The position numbers and the translations under genes are program-made. Below are positions 16,975 to 26,886 of a DNA stretch of 64,000 nt, one piece after another. Origin of the DNA: Candidatus Micrarchaeota archaeon (GTDB lineage: Archaea; Micrarchaeota; Micrarchaeia; Anstonellales; Bilamarchaeaceae). The notes beneath the pieces are model-generated. The model had not been told where the DNA came from. It saw nothing but the letters and a program-made list of their open reading frames with translations, and made no database searches. Each line of letters opens with the position of its first letter. Position 1 is the first letter of the stretch. The DNA lies in NCBI GenBank assembly GCA_043821365.1, contig JBDRCX010000006.1:64001-128000 (forward strand), in the 5' to 3' direction.

Positions 16975-19109
16975 GAGAAATACACCTCTACTCGGAAAAA
17001 GTAGAGGATAATGATGTTAAGAATCTGTTCAACCAGGTTACCAAATCTAGGTTTCCACTATTTGGACTGATAGATCTGTCTAATATTTTCTCTCCTAATG
17101 CCCTTACGCTAGTAGTTAAAAGGAATATAAATACAGTAAAATTCTATGCAAAGGAAAAAGATTGCCTCCAGAATATCTCTCCACTAATTTTTCCATACAG
17201 AATGTGTGATCCAAGCTTGCTGAAGCTTTCTGGGGGCTCTTATTTCCCTTTTCCAAGAATGTACATCATCAATGGTGCAACCCATGATCTGCTTGACTTT
17301 ATACTAAAAGAAAAGATAGAACAAATGACATTAAACGTAACAAAAGTCATGGGACAGTTCATTGCAAACGGAACAGTAGTATGTGAAAATGGACAAAAAG
17401 GGATGTTCACTGTGCTAGCACCTCAAAAATTCCTTACGATTAATCTTGAGAAAAACCCATCAATTTACATTGAACTCCTTGAGCCATTGCCAAAACAAAT
17501 ATATGTAAGCTCAAAATTCCCTGTTTTTGAAGAAACCGGAATTACTATGGGTGTGGATAACTACGACCCATTACAACACACAATAATAGCAGGAACTTCT
17601 GGTTCAGGAAAAAGTAAAGGGCTTTTTGTGTTGTTAAAAGCATTAGAAGCAAAGTACAAAGACGGTGCACGGGTGGTTGTGGTTGACCCACATGGGGAAT
17701 TTGCAAGACTGTTCCCTCATGCCAAAGTTATAGATTTCATAAAAAATTATGTTGAGCCACTAGACGTAGGAAAAGATAAATCCCCAATGCTGACCCAGTT
17801 GGTCTCACAATTAATTACCTCTTCGATAGGGCAAGAAAACAAATATTCAGAACGTGTATTGTTTTATACTGTTCACCTTCTCTCATCAATCAATAAACTT
17901 GACCTTAACAATATAAGCCTACTTTTAACAGACTCATCAGTAAAGGCAGAATATGTCAGCATGTGTGATAATGATGAGGTAAAAAGATTCTTTGATGAAG
18001 AATACAATGACATACACATCCACCATTTCAACAATGCTATTCTTCCAATTTTGAACTTTATTGGGGAGTACCAATTGTATTTAGGAAAGGAGAAAAAACG
18101 AGAGGGGCTTTTGGAATCCATCCAACAGAACAGAATAACTGTAGTTGCATTTGACCCCAAATTCTTCGGAAGAAGAATGATTAGTTTCCTTGCTGGAGCA
18201 GTTATCAATCAGATGTATATTCTAGCAATTACAGGAAAACTCCAAGAAAAACCAACTGTTTTGGTTGTTGATGAATTCCCAAGAGTGGAAACAAGAGTAA
18301 CCAAGGACATTCTTTCAGAAACAAGAAAATTCAATTTATTCGCATACCTATCATGCCAGTATTTGGGCCAGCTGAGCAAAGAAGTTCTTGATTCAATTGT
18401 ATCAAATGCAAGAAACATAATTGCATTTAAGATAAATAAACAAGATGCTGCAATGCTCAGCTCAATCATGGAAATAAAGGTCGAGGAATACTTCAAAAAG
18501 AGCAGAGCAACAACTGAACTTGAAGAGTCTAAAAAAGAGATGTTTGTACGTTTACACCAGAGAGAGTGCATTGTCAGATTATTTGATGGTGTCAAATATC
18601 TTTTACCAATGAAACTAAAGATTGTTGATGCAAAAAAGTGGGGGCTGAGAGAAGGGACAGTACCTTACGTTGAAAGAGATCCACCACCAGAGGCACCAGG
18701 AGTGCCAAGATCAAAACCAATGACAAATGCATTCCAAGGACAAGAACCTCAAGAAAGCGAAAAACCACAAATGACACCAGCAGGACCATTACCAAGAATG
18801 TCTGTTTCGCAACAGCAGGGAATACCAGGAGCACCACCAATTGACAATGACACTGGACTGTATTGTGTAGCTGAAGAAGGAGAAACACCACCAGAAGAAG
18901 AAAAAGAAGAGAAACCAGCATTACCAGAACCAATGACTGAGAGTCCATGGTTGCAAGAAACACCAGATGCGATATACCAATTGGAAAAAGCAAAACTTAA
19001 TGGTGTTATAAAAGATATGCCAAAACAACCTAAAGAAACAGAAGATACAGATAAAAAACCAGAAGAGAAAAAACACAAAAAATCAAAAAAACCTAAGAAG
19101 AAAGAGTGA
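16965..19109 (+). CDS. HerA/FtsK/TrwB-superfamily P-loop ATPase (DUF87-like) with low-complexity C-tail
   Basis: HTIIAGTSGSGKS, VVVVDPHGEF, LVVDEFP, SETRKFNL...QYLGQL; Pro/Glu/Lys-rich tail. Confidence 0.85.
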   Translation: MEVREIHLYSEKVEDNDVKNLFNQVTKSRFPLFGLIDLSNIFSPNALTLVVKRNINTVKFYAKEKDCLQNISPLIFPYRMCDPSLLKLSGGSYFPFPRMYIINGATHDLLDFILKEKIEQMTLNVTKVMGQFIANGTVVCENGQKGMFTVLAPQKFLTINLEKNPSIYIELLEPLPKQIYVSSKFPVFEETGITMGVDNYDPLQHTIIAGTSGSGKSKGLFVLLKALEAKYKDGARVVVVDPHGEFARLFPHAKVIDFIKNYVEPLDVGKDKSPMLTQLVSQLITSSIGQENKYSERVLFYTVHLLSSINKLDLNNISLLLTDSSVKAEYVSMCDNDEVKRFFDEEYNDIHIHHFNNAILPILNFIGEYQLYLGKEKKREGLLESIQQNRITVVAFDPKFFGRRMISFLAGAVINQMYILAITGKLQEKPTVLVVDEFPRVETRVTKDILSETRKFNLFAYLSCQYLGQLSKEVLDSIVSNARNIIAFKINKQDAAMLSSIMEIKVEEYFKKSRATTELEESKKEMFVRLHQRECIVRLFDGVKYLLPMKLKIVDAKKWGLREGTVPYVERDPPPEAPGVPRSKPMTNAFQGQEPQESEKPQMTPAGPLPRMSVSQQQGIPGAPPIDNDTGLYCVAEEGETPPEEEKEEKPALPEPMTESPWLQETPDAIYQLEKAKLNGVIKDMPKQPKETEDTDKKPEEKKHKKSKKPKKKE

Positions 19110-20667
19110 ACACGCTCCACTTCAAACTTTTATTATTTTCTAGTTTTTGGTTTATTTCATCTAAAACCATTTTTTTAATTTTAAGATACCTCTCTTTACC
19201 AACCTCAACATTGCCTATAGCGTACCGTTTATTCTTTAGATTAAAACAGAACAGACAATTCGACAAACTTTCGCAGTTATGGCAGAATAATGAATCTGAG
19301 CAATCCCTGCAATTATCCATTTCAAAACATCTTGATAATTTTTGAGAATGATAACAATTGATACAGAAATTAGAATCGAAAATAGTATCAAATCCAAAGC
19401 AATTATTGGAATCCTTGGGCCACATACCACAAGCACAGTATTTTGACCTCACTACGGCAGATGCCTTGTAACAATGTGCTGCTCCAACAGTGACCGTAGA
19501 CTCGATAAAATTCTCAACTTTGCCCTCTCTAATATCAACAGTAAAATAGGATATTTTTCCAATATTTTCATGTGCATTTTCCAAACTTAATTTTTCGACT
19601 TCGTCTAGGTTAAATTTCACAGACTCGCCAATCTGTCTAGCCTCACCCATTGTAACAACAATATCCTCTGGGAGGGCCTCAAGTGCAATAACATAGGGTA
19701 GCATAAGTAGTCTTTTTCCACTGATGGCAGATTTTCTTTCCTCTATTTTATGTGCATGCCTATAGAGCCAATCATGATACTCGTCGATATCCTTTAGTCT
19801 TTTTCCAAAAATTACTGCCGATGTATTTGTAAATGCATTTTCAACTATTTCCTTATTTTCAGAATATTTTTCTTCATCAAGTGGAGGTAAATTTGGCTTT
19901 TGTAATTTGCCTTTTTTAACAATATCAAGCAAAGAAGGCAATGATTTGTTCTTTTTTAGTTCATCAACCATTTGTTCACAGAGGGATTTTTTTATTGAGA
20001 AATATTTTTCTTTGTCGATTTCCAGATTCCCTATGCAGTATCTTTTATTTTTTAAGTGGAAAGAAAAAAGACAGTTGGAACAACCAGTTAGGTTTGATAC
20101 ATAATAACAATCTGAACAGTTCTGAGCAGACCAAATTTCAAACGAACGTTTAACAGAAAATGTCTGAGTACAACGAATACAGAATTCTGTTTCTCCTGGG
20201 CCATGGACTCCAAAACAATTGTTGCTATCCCTACCAACAGTGCAGTAAGCAAGATATTTTGAATTTATAAATTGGGCTGAATCAGTTACATAAAAACAAT
20301 CAGTAAGATTACAACTTCTTTCTACATGGCTTGAGTTACCAAGAACAGTATTACCACAGTAATAAGCCCTATCCGAAACCGCTTGTATAAGAGAATCAAT
20401 ATCTTTAATTTCGTTAATATCCAATGGTTCGAACTTCTTGTTAAAATCAACTTCATCGAAACTTATCCACTTGGAATTTGGATAATACTCCTTTATTGAA
20501 AATGCAACTTCTTTCCCAGATAGGGTTGATTTTCTGATTAGGTTTGAATCGATAAGACCAGAAAGCCATTTTGAATATTCTTCAAGCTCACCAATCTCTT
20601 CGCCAAATAATAGTTTTGTAGTTTTTTTCCATGATTGATTCAGTATATTATACGTTTCTGATGACAT
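19093..20667 (-). CDS. Cys/Ser-rich hexapeptide-repeat protein, fused A-B
   Basis: FEPLDINEIKDIDS; CFNLKNKRYAIGNVEVGKERY; last gene of the minus-strand operon. Confidence 0.9.
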   Translation of the reverse strand: MSSETYNILNQSWKKTTKLLFGEEIGELEEYSKWLSGLIDSNLIRKSTLSGKEVAFSIKEYYPNSKWISFDEVDFNKKFEPLDINEIKDIDSLIQAVSDRAYYCGNTVLGNSSHVERSCNLTDCFYVTDSAQFINSKYLAYCTVGRDSNNCFGVHGPGETEFCIRCTQTFSVKRSFEIWSAQNCSDCYYVSNLTGCSNCLFSFHLKNKRYCIGNLEIDKEKYFSIKKSLCEQMVDELKKNKSLPSLLDIVKKGKLQKPNLPPLDEEKYSENKEIVENAFTNTSAVIFGKRLKDIDEYHDWLYRHAHKIEERKSAISGKRLLMLPYVIALEALPEDIVVTMGEARQIGESVKFNLDEVEKLSLENAHENIGKISYFTVDIREGKVENFIESTVTVGAAHCYKASAVVRSKYCACGMWPKDSNNCFGFDTIFDSNFCINCYHSQKLSRCFEMDNCRDCSDSLFCHNCESLSNCLFCFNLKNKRYAIGNVEVGKERYLKIKKMVLDEINQKLENNKSLKWSVFTLSS

Positions 20668-20668
20668 G

Positions 20669-21433
20669 CTATTTTTTACCCCCCAAATTGTAGATGTTCA
20701 GAACAAGCTTTTTTTCATTTTCTATTTTTTCTGCAATTTCACTCACAATCATTTTCTTTATTCTAAGGTACTCCTCCTTTCCAACTTCCACATTCATTAT
20801 AGCATATCTAAGCGATTTTGCATTAAAACAGAACATACAATTGTTCAAATTCTCGCAGTTATGGCAAAAGTAGCAATCAGTACAGTTGCTACAATCGCTT
20901 AATTCAAAGCACCTTGCTAGTTTTACGGAATTATAACATTTGATAGAAAAATTTGAAGCAAATAAAAAGTGGGAACCAAAACAATATTCTGATTCTCTTG
21001 GCCAAAAACAGTAAGCATCACATTTTGAATAGATATACCAGACTCCATCTAAACAATGTTGGGCATGCATACAGGTGGATGTTTTTTGAAGGTCTTGATT
21101 CTGGCCAAGCATGACATCAGAAGTTACATAGTTTATTTCTTGTAATTTTTCTGAGGCATTAGATAGGGTTAATGTCTTTGCACCATGTTCTGAGATTTGT
21201 TTTTTACCAAGTTCAAGTGATTCTTCTAAAGTAACAAGATTCTTTTTTATGGAATTGAAGAAGAGGATATCTGGCACGTAGACAATCTTGTCACTTACCT
21301 GGGATTTGGTATGGAGTGCTTTGTTTACATTTTCTAAAAGCCAATTTCGATAGCTTTCCAAATTAGTCAATTTTCTACCGAAAATAATTGAAGTGGTTTC
21401 CTGAAAGGCTTTTTCAATTTCCAAATTACCCAT
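20669..21433 (-). CDS. Cys/Ser-rich hexapeptide-repeat protein, single B unit
   Basis: FWPRESEYCFG; FCHNCENLNNCMFCFN; ATG 21433 follows GGTGAT. Confidence 0.88.
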   Translation of the reverse strand: MGNLEIEKAFQETTSIIFGRKLTNLESYRNWLLENVNKALHTKSQVSDKIVYVPDILFFNSIKKNLVTLEESLELGKKQISEHGAKTLTLSNASEKLQEINYVTSDVMLGQNQDLQKTSTCMHAQHCLDGVWYIYSKCDAYCFWPRESEYCFGSHFLFASNFSIKCYNSVKLARCFELSDCSNCTDCYFCHNCENLNNCMFCFNAKSLRYAIMNVEVGKEEYLRIKKMIVSEIAEKIENEKKLVLNIYNLGGKK

Positions 21434-22196
21434 GCACATCACCGTTAATTATATCTATCAATGATGGAAGTTTCTTTCTTGCTTTCAGAATCTCACGCAT
21501 TTCACCAATGAGTTTTTCCTTTAATTTATGGTATTCTTCAGGACTAAATTGGTGGTTTCCGATCATATAACTTTTATTTCTTTGATTGAAAGAAAACATA
21601 CAATTGGTGCAATTTTCCAGACTTCCTGTAAAATAACAATCTGATGCAACATAGTTTCTGATGGTTTCCAAGCATCGGACATTTTTGTAGGTTTCAAAGG
21701 TTTTGATATTAAACTTACTCCCTTCACCAATTGCATTACCACCAAAGATGTACTCTGCAAATCTTAGAACTGATGAGTATGCGACAAATTTACAATCATA
21801 AACATCTTGGGTTTTATAAATAAATGAGGAATTGATGCACCTATTAGAGACCTGAACTTCACGGGAGTTACCAAGAACAACATTACCAATATAATATGCT
21901 TTTTCATTAACAGCTTCAATAATGGAATCAATATCTTTGATTTTGTTTATATCATATTTTTGCTTGCCAATTGTGTTCATATATTGATCAATTTCATCAA
22001 GGCTTAGGAATTTGGCCCCTGGAGCAACTTTTTCAGATGATACAATAACTTCTTTCCCAGATAAGGCGGATTTTTTCATACCAAATGGATCAACATATCT
22101 TAGAAGCCATGTCTCGTATTCACCAAGGTTGCCAAGTTCTTCTCCAAATAGCACCTTGGATGTTTTTTTCCATGCAACATTAATATCAGAATTCAT
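21426..22196 (-). CDS. Cys/Ser-rich hexapeptide-repeat protein, single A unit
   Basis: WKKTSKVLFGEELG; DINKIKDIDS; YYIGNVVLGNS. Confidence 0.88.
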   Translation of the reverse strand: MNSDINVAWKKTSKVLFGEELGNLGEYETWLLRYVDPFGMKKSALSGKEVIVSSEKVAPGAKFLSLDEIDQYMNTIGKQKYDINKIKDIDSIIEAVNEKAYYIGNVVLGNSREVQVSNRCINSSFIYKTQDVYDCKFVAYSSVLRFAEYIFGGNAIGEGSKFNIKTFETYKNVRCLETIRNYVASDCYFTGSLENCTNCMFSFNQRNKSYMIGNHQFSPEEYHKLKEKLIGEMREILKARKKLPSLIDIINGDVHG

Positions 22197-22966
22197 TATT
22201 GCTGCCCCACATTAAAAATATTCAAACTAAGTCGTTTGTCTTTTTCTAGTTTTTTTGTAAGTTCTTCAAGAACTTTTTGTTTTATTTCGAGGTATTTTTC
22301 TTTACCGACTTCGATATTGGCAATTGCGTACCTCTTTGCTTTTACATTAAAACAAAACATGCAGTTATTCAGATTTTCACAATTATGACAGAACAGTGAA
22401 TCAGTACAATTGCTACAGTCACTCATTTCAAAGCAACGATTAAGGTTTTCAGAATTGTAACACTTGATACAGAATTGAGAGGAAAAAGTGTAGAAAGTAC
22501 CAATATTGTAATCTGATTGCCTTGGCCAAAAACAATAGAAACAATATTTGGAACGGACAAGAGCAACACACTTGTAACTATAATGAGATGAATAGTAAAA
22601 ATCACAATCAATAAGATTGCTGCACTCACCATAGCGAGTATTTGGAGTGGTGGTGGATAATTTTGCCAAAAGATTTTTAGCAGTGGAAAAGGTTAGTTGG
22701 TTTAGTTCATCATCAGAAAGATGGTTTTTTCCGTGGGTAAAATAGGCTTCTTCTATGGTAAGTATGTTGTGTTTTATGTCTCGATAAAAATCAAATGGTG
22801 GAAGGTATATTTTTTCACCACTAATAAGTGATTTGCCATATTCATTCGTTGATACATTTTCAGTTAGCCAATCTTCATAATCTTTGAAATTACAAAGTTT
22901 TTTGCCTAGAACAATCGAAGTAATGGTCTGAAAAGATTTTTCAAGATCAGATTCTAGTTTATCCAT
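22196..22966 (-). CDS. Cys/Ser-rich hexapeptide-repeat protein, single B unit
   Basis: FWPRQSDYNIG; FCHNCENLNNCMFCFNVKAKRYAIAN; ATG 22966 follows GGTGAT. Confidence 0.88.
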   Translation of the reverse strand: MDKLESDLEKSFQTITSIVLGKKLCNFKDYEDWLTENVSTNEYGKSLISGEKIYLPPFDFYRDIKHNILTIEEAYFTHGKNHLSDDELNQLTFSTAKNLLAKLSTTTPNTRYGECSNLIDCDFYYSSHYSYKCVALVRSKYCFYCFWPRQSDYNIGTFYTFSSQFCIKCYNSENLNRCFEMSDCSNCTDSLFCHNCENLNNCMFCFNVKAKRYAIANIEVGKEKYLEIKQKVLEELTKKLEKDKRLSLNIFNVGQQ

Positions 22967-23747
22967 TCCAATCACCTTTCCCACTTATTATCTCTATTAT
23001 CGAGGGAAGTTTCTTCTTTCTTTTAAGTTCATCGGCAAATTCACCAACTAATTTTGATTTCAGTTCAGCATATTTATCTTTAGTCAGCTGTATATTGCCA
23101 ATTAGATAGTTCTTATTTCTTTGATTAAATGAAAAGATACAGTTGGTACAGTCCTCAAGACTTGCAGAATAGAAACTATCAGATGCAACATTACAATGAT
23201 AGGTTTCCAAGCACCGGAGTTGTTTGTGCGGATCAAGGACTTTTATACAGAACTGAATCTCTCCACCAAAACAACAACCAAATGAGTACTCTGGACTGCG
23301 AATAGAAGTTGTATATGCAACGTATTTTCCATCATAAACATCCTGGCAACCCATGGCATAAACAGTATTAACGCAACGGTGTGAGTTTATCACATTGGTT
23401 GAATGTCCCAAAACAATATTTCCAGCATAACAGACTTTTTCTTTAGCTGCATGAATAATTGAATCAACATCTTTGATATCATTGATATTGAAGGGCATTG
23501 AAAACATTCTTTTTTCGTATTCATGCATTTCCTCATGACCTATCACTGGTGCTTGTTTTGGCACCCTATTGGATGAGATTGTAACATCATTGCCACTTAG
23601 AATGGATTTTCTTTTTACGATTGGGTCAGTATATGTTTTTAGATAATTTGTAAATTCTGATAGTTCACCAACTTCTTGACCAAGCAGAACCTTACAAGTG
23701 GATTTCCAAGATTTATTTAATTGATTAATAATCATAGCATCAGACAT
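22959..23747 (-). CDS. Cys/Ser-rich hexapeptide-repeat protein, single A unit
   Basis: LNKSWKSTCKVLLGQEVG; FNINDIKDVDS; ATG 23747 follows GGTGAT. Confidence 0.88.
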   Translation of the reverse strand: MSDAMIINQLNKSWKSTCKVLLGQEVGELSEFTNYLKTYTDPIVKRKSILSGNDVTISSNRVPKQAPVIGHEEMHEYEKRMFSMPFNINDIKDVDSIIHAAKEKVCYAGNIVLGHSTNVINSHRCVNTVYAMGCQDVYDGKYVAYTTSIRSPEYSFGCCFGGEIQFCIKVLDPHKQLRCLETYHCNVASDSFYSASLEDCTNCIFSFNQRNKNYLIGNIQLTKDKYAELKSKLVGEFADELKRKKKLPSIIEIISGKGDWNG

Positions 23748-24537
23748 TAGGATCACCTTTTCCTATTGAATAAATGTCAAAATTTACGGTTTTAGTTTTT
23801 GATAATTGATCGTTAATATGAGTAAGTAGAATTTTTTTCACACGCATATATTCTTCACGGCCAACTTCTATGTTTCCTATCGCATAGCGCTTATTTTTCA
23901 CATTAAAGCAAAACATGCAGTCGTTCAGACCTTCTGAATTATGACAGAATAGAATATCGCTTGAATGATAGCAACCATCAACTTCGAATGACCGGATAAC
24001 TTTAACTGAATTGTAAGCATGAATGCAGAATTGGGAATAGGGAGTATTATGGCAACCAAACATATTCTGAGAATACATTGGATAGTTGGAATATGCCACG
24101 TTTTTTATGCCGCCATAAAGGTCGTCACCGTAGTATAGATACATGCCATCCCCTGCACCACTGCATTTTTCAATGTTTGAAAATGTCTTCCATCTGAAAT
24201 TACCGATGGCATAGGCAACTGGTTTTACAATCCTGTTTACCATGTCTTTTATGTCAGAATCCTTTATCTCATCATAAATGAATTTAGTATGATTTACTTT
24301 GTCCATTTCTTCCATGGAAATAGATCTTTTGCTTGAAATTTTTCTCCCCATAAAATTTAGAGTTGGGAAGTTCCAAACCTCAACATCACTAACTGCAGAT
24401 TTAGCTGGATGGGGGAGTGGAACATATTTACCAAGCCAGGGACCATAATCATCAATACCAACTAGTGGTTTGCCAAGTAAAAGGTTAGATGTACTAGAAA
24501 ATTCCTTTTCTAATTCAGGCCAGACCATATTAGGCAC
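23740..24537 (-). CDS. Cys/Ser-rich hexapeptide-repeat protein, single B unit (divergent)
   Basis: FCHNSEGLNDCMFCFNVKNKRYAIGNIEVGREEY. Confidence 0.88.
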   Translation of the reverse strand: MPNMVWPELEKEFSSTSNLLLGKPLVGIDDYGPWLGKYVPLPHPAKSAVSDVEVWNFPTLNFMGRKISSKRSISMEEMDKVNHTKFIYDEIKDSDIKDMVNRIVKPVAYAIGNFRWKTFSNIEKCSGAGDGMYLYYGDDLYGGIKNVAYSNYPMYSQNMFGCHNTPYSQFCIHAYNSVKVIRSFEVDGCYHSSDILFCHNSEGLNDCMFCFNVKNKRYAIGNIEVGREEYMRVKKILLTHINDQLSKTKTVNFDIYSIGKGDPNV

Positions 24538-25306
24538 CCTCCCCCAGAATATCCATTATGGACATTATTCTCTTTCTTTTTTTCAAATCCTCAGCCATTT
24601 CGCCTATTAATTTTGCCCTCAACGGGGCATATTGTTCTTTTGTGAGTTGTACATTGCCGACCATATTTCGTTTTGCACGTACATTGAAAGTGAAAAGGCA
24701 ATCAGATGAACCAGTAACATTATGGCAGAAATAACAATCAGAACTACTTACAGTAAGACTGCACTCAAAACAGCGTTTGAGAGAATTGTTATAGAGGCAT
24801 CTTATGAGCATGGAACTGTCACCGCTTGAAGTTGATGCAAAACAATATTCGTTATTCCGTAGCATGTAGCAGTATGCAACATATTTTCCATTGACAATCA
24901 TTGATGAATCAAGAACATAATTGCTGTCAGTTATGTTATCTGAATTTTTCACAAATTTCGAGTTTCCGAGAACTTTGTTGCCACTGTAAATGAATTTTTC
25001 TTCTACTGCATCAAAGAGAGAATCAACATCCTTGATTCGGTTTACATCAATTGGCTTGGACAGAATAGATGCACTTTGGATTTCTTTATTGTAATCAAAA
25101 AATCTGGCTTTTGGAGGATAATGTTTTGACGTGACAAATAGGTCTTTGCCAGATATTATTGATTTTACTGATTTGCCAACCAATGGTTCTTTTAGATAGT
25201 CAGAATAATCAGACATCACGCTAAGTGGTTCCCCAAATAGGACTTTGGTAGTTTGCTTCCAAGCATTATCCATAATTGTCTCTATGCCATTAGTTTCGAA
25301 TGCCAT
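24530..25306 (-). CDS. Cys/Ser-rich hexapeptide-repeat protein, single A unit
   Basis: AWKQTTKVLFGEPL; IDVNRIKDVDS; YSGNKVLGNSKFV; start set at MAFET (25306). Confidence 0.86.
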   Translation of the reverse strand: MAFETNGIETIMDNAWKQTTKVLFGEPLSVMSDYSDYLKEPLVGKSVKSIISGKDLFVTSKHYPPKARFFDYNKEIQSASILSKPIDVNRIKDVDSLFDAVEEKFIYSGNKVLGNSKFVKNSDNITDSNYVLDSSMIVNGKYVAYCYMLRNNEYCFASTSSGDSSMLIRCLYNNSLKRCFECSLTVSSSDCYFCHNVTGSSDCLFTFNVRAKRNMVGNVQLTKEQYAPLRAKLIGEMAEDLKKRKRIMSIMDILGEGA

Positions 25307-26886
25307 AATTTTGACCCTCTTCCACCTAAATTGAAAATGCTCCACGGAATGCTCTTTCTTTTTTCAAGATCATCAACGATCTGAGCAAGAACAGTGGATT
25401 TAATTGATTTGAACTTATCCTGTGGCAACACTCCATTGCCAATTGCAAACCGTAAATTTTTTGCATTAAAACAAAACATACTATCTCGTACATTTTCGCA
25501 ATTGTGTGCAAAGTAAATATCTGAACAGTTATTTGATGCATCCACCTCAAATGCTCTTGAGAGATTCATGGAATAATATGTGTGAATACAGAAATTCGAA
25601 GTAAATGAAAGACCACAACCATAGACATATTTTGAATGCCTAGGCCAATAGGAAAAGGCAACATTTTCATTGAATGATGCAATTGGACAGTAATAACAAT
25701 TTACAGAAGTATTGCAAAGTGGAACCATGATTAAATTTTTTGTTTCTCCCAATTGACCTTCTGGATTGAAATAAGCAATTTTACCGATTGATTTTTTCAA
25801 GCTAGACAATGACTCTATATCTTCTCCATCAAGTTGCAGATTTTCTCCTAATGCCCAATTTTCCCATTGGGTAACTAATCGATCACGAGAATAAAGGTGG
25901 AATGGTGAAGTTTCACCAAGATAAACTGGTTTTCCGGTTGCCGAAGATTTTTCTTCACTTATATATGGCACATGACTTAGCAACCAGCCCTTATAATTAT
26001 CAATTTGTGAAAGGGGGTTGTTGAATAAAAGAGATGTTGTTTTTTGAAAACCTAATTCAATAGGTCCTTTATTTTTTTGTTCTTTATCATCAGAAGGATT
26101 GAAATTTTTTGGAACAGGAAGTGCATCACAACTTTTTGATGCAATTTCCATCAATGATGGAAGTTTTTTCTTTATCTCAAGCTCAATCTTAAGATCTTCA
26201 ATAAGTTTTTCTTTTAAAGAAAGATATTTTTCTTTTGTCAATTGGATATTTCCTATGACATTTCTTTTGTTTTTTAGATTAAATGAAAAAAGAACATCCT
26301 GTGAACCCTGGACACATGAACTGAAATAACAATCACTTGAATCATAACATTTCCATGCTTCAAGACATCGTGATTGTTTGTGGGTTTCAAATGCCCTTAC
26401 TGTTGAGGTTGTAAAAGCATCACTAACAACACCAAAAAGATATTTGCTACCCCGGCAATATGAACAATATGCCATATATTCTGAATCATAGATAAAATTG
26501 GAATTGTAAACATAGAACGAGTTTTGTACATCTGAACTTTTTTCAACATGTTTGGAATTTCCAAGAACAACATTACCGCAATAGTAAACTCTTTCTTCCA
26601 AAGCTTCAATGATAGAATCGATATCTTTGATCTCATTTATATTCAATGGTTCGAATTTTTGGCCATAATCAATTTCATCAAGTGAAATAAATTTGGCATT
26701 GTCTTCATAATCAGATACGGCACAGTACACTTCTTTATTTGATTTTGCTGATTTTTTATTTTTTAGAGGAACACAACCTTCTGAAAGCCATTCGGAATAG
26801 TTATCAATATCACCTACCTCTGCACCTAAGAGCACTTTCATAGTAGATTTCCAAGACTTGTTTATTGATTCACGAACCTCGGTCAT
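25282..26886 (-). CDS. Cys/Ser-rich hexapeptide-repeat protein, fused A-B
   Basis: FEPLNINEIKDIDS; YWPRHSKY; HNCENVRDSMFCFN. Confidence 0.9.
   Translation of the reverse strand: MTEVRESINKSWKSTMKVLLGAEVGDIDNYSEWLSEGCVPLKNKKSAKSNKEVYCAVSDYEDNAKFISLDEIDYGQKFEPLNINEIKDIDSIIEALEERVYYCGNVVLGNSKHVEKSSDVQNSFYVYNSNFIYDSEYMAYCSYCRGSKYLFGVVSDAFTTSTVRAFETHKQSRCLEAWKCYDSSDCYFSSCVQGSQDVLFSFNLKNKRNVIGNIQLTKEKYLSLKEKLIEDLKIELEIKKKLPSLMEIASKSCDALPVPKNFNPSDDKEQKNKGPIELGFQKTTSLLFNNPLSQIDNYKGWLLSHVPYISEEKSSATGKPVYLGETSPFHLYSRDRLVTQWENWALGENLQLDGEDIESLSSLKKSIGKIAYFNPEGQLGETKNLIMVPLCNTSVNCYYCPIASFNENVAFSYWPRHSKYVYGCGLSFTSNFCIHTYYSMNLSRAFEVDASNNCSDIYFAHNCENVRDSMFCFNAKNLRFAIGNGVLPQDKFKSIKSTVLAQIVDDLEKRKSIPWSIFNLGGRGSKLWHSKLMA

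Noticed and set aside
17559-17569. AACTACGACCC match to the promoter cassette inside the ATPase gene
   Set aside because: It encodes NYDP in frame, lacks the GGGG arm and the downstream AT box; treated as chance.
10961-25306. c-type cytochrome call from CYFCH (CxxCH) in three paralogs
   Set aside because: One motif per protein, not conserved (FAHN, FGHN, SLFCHN in others), no signal peptide; the spacing is explained by the hexapeptide repeat.
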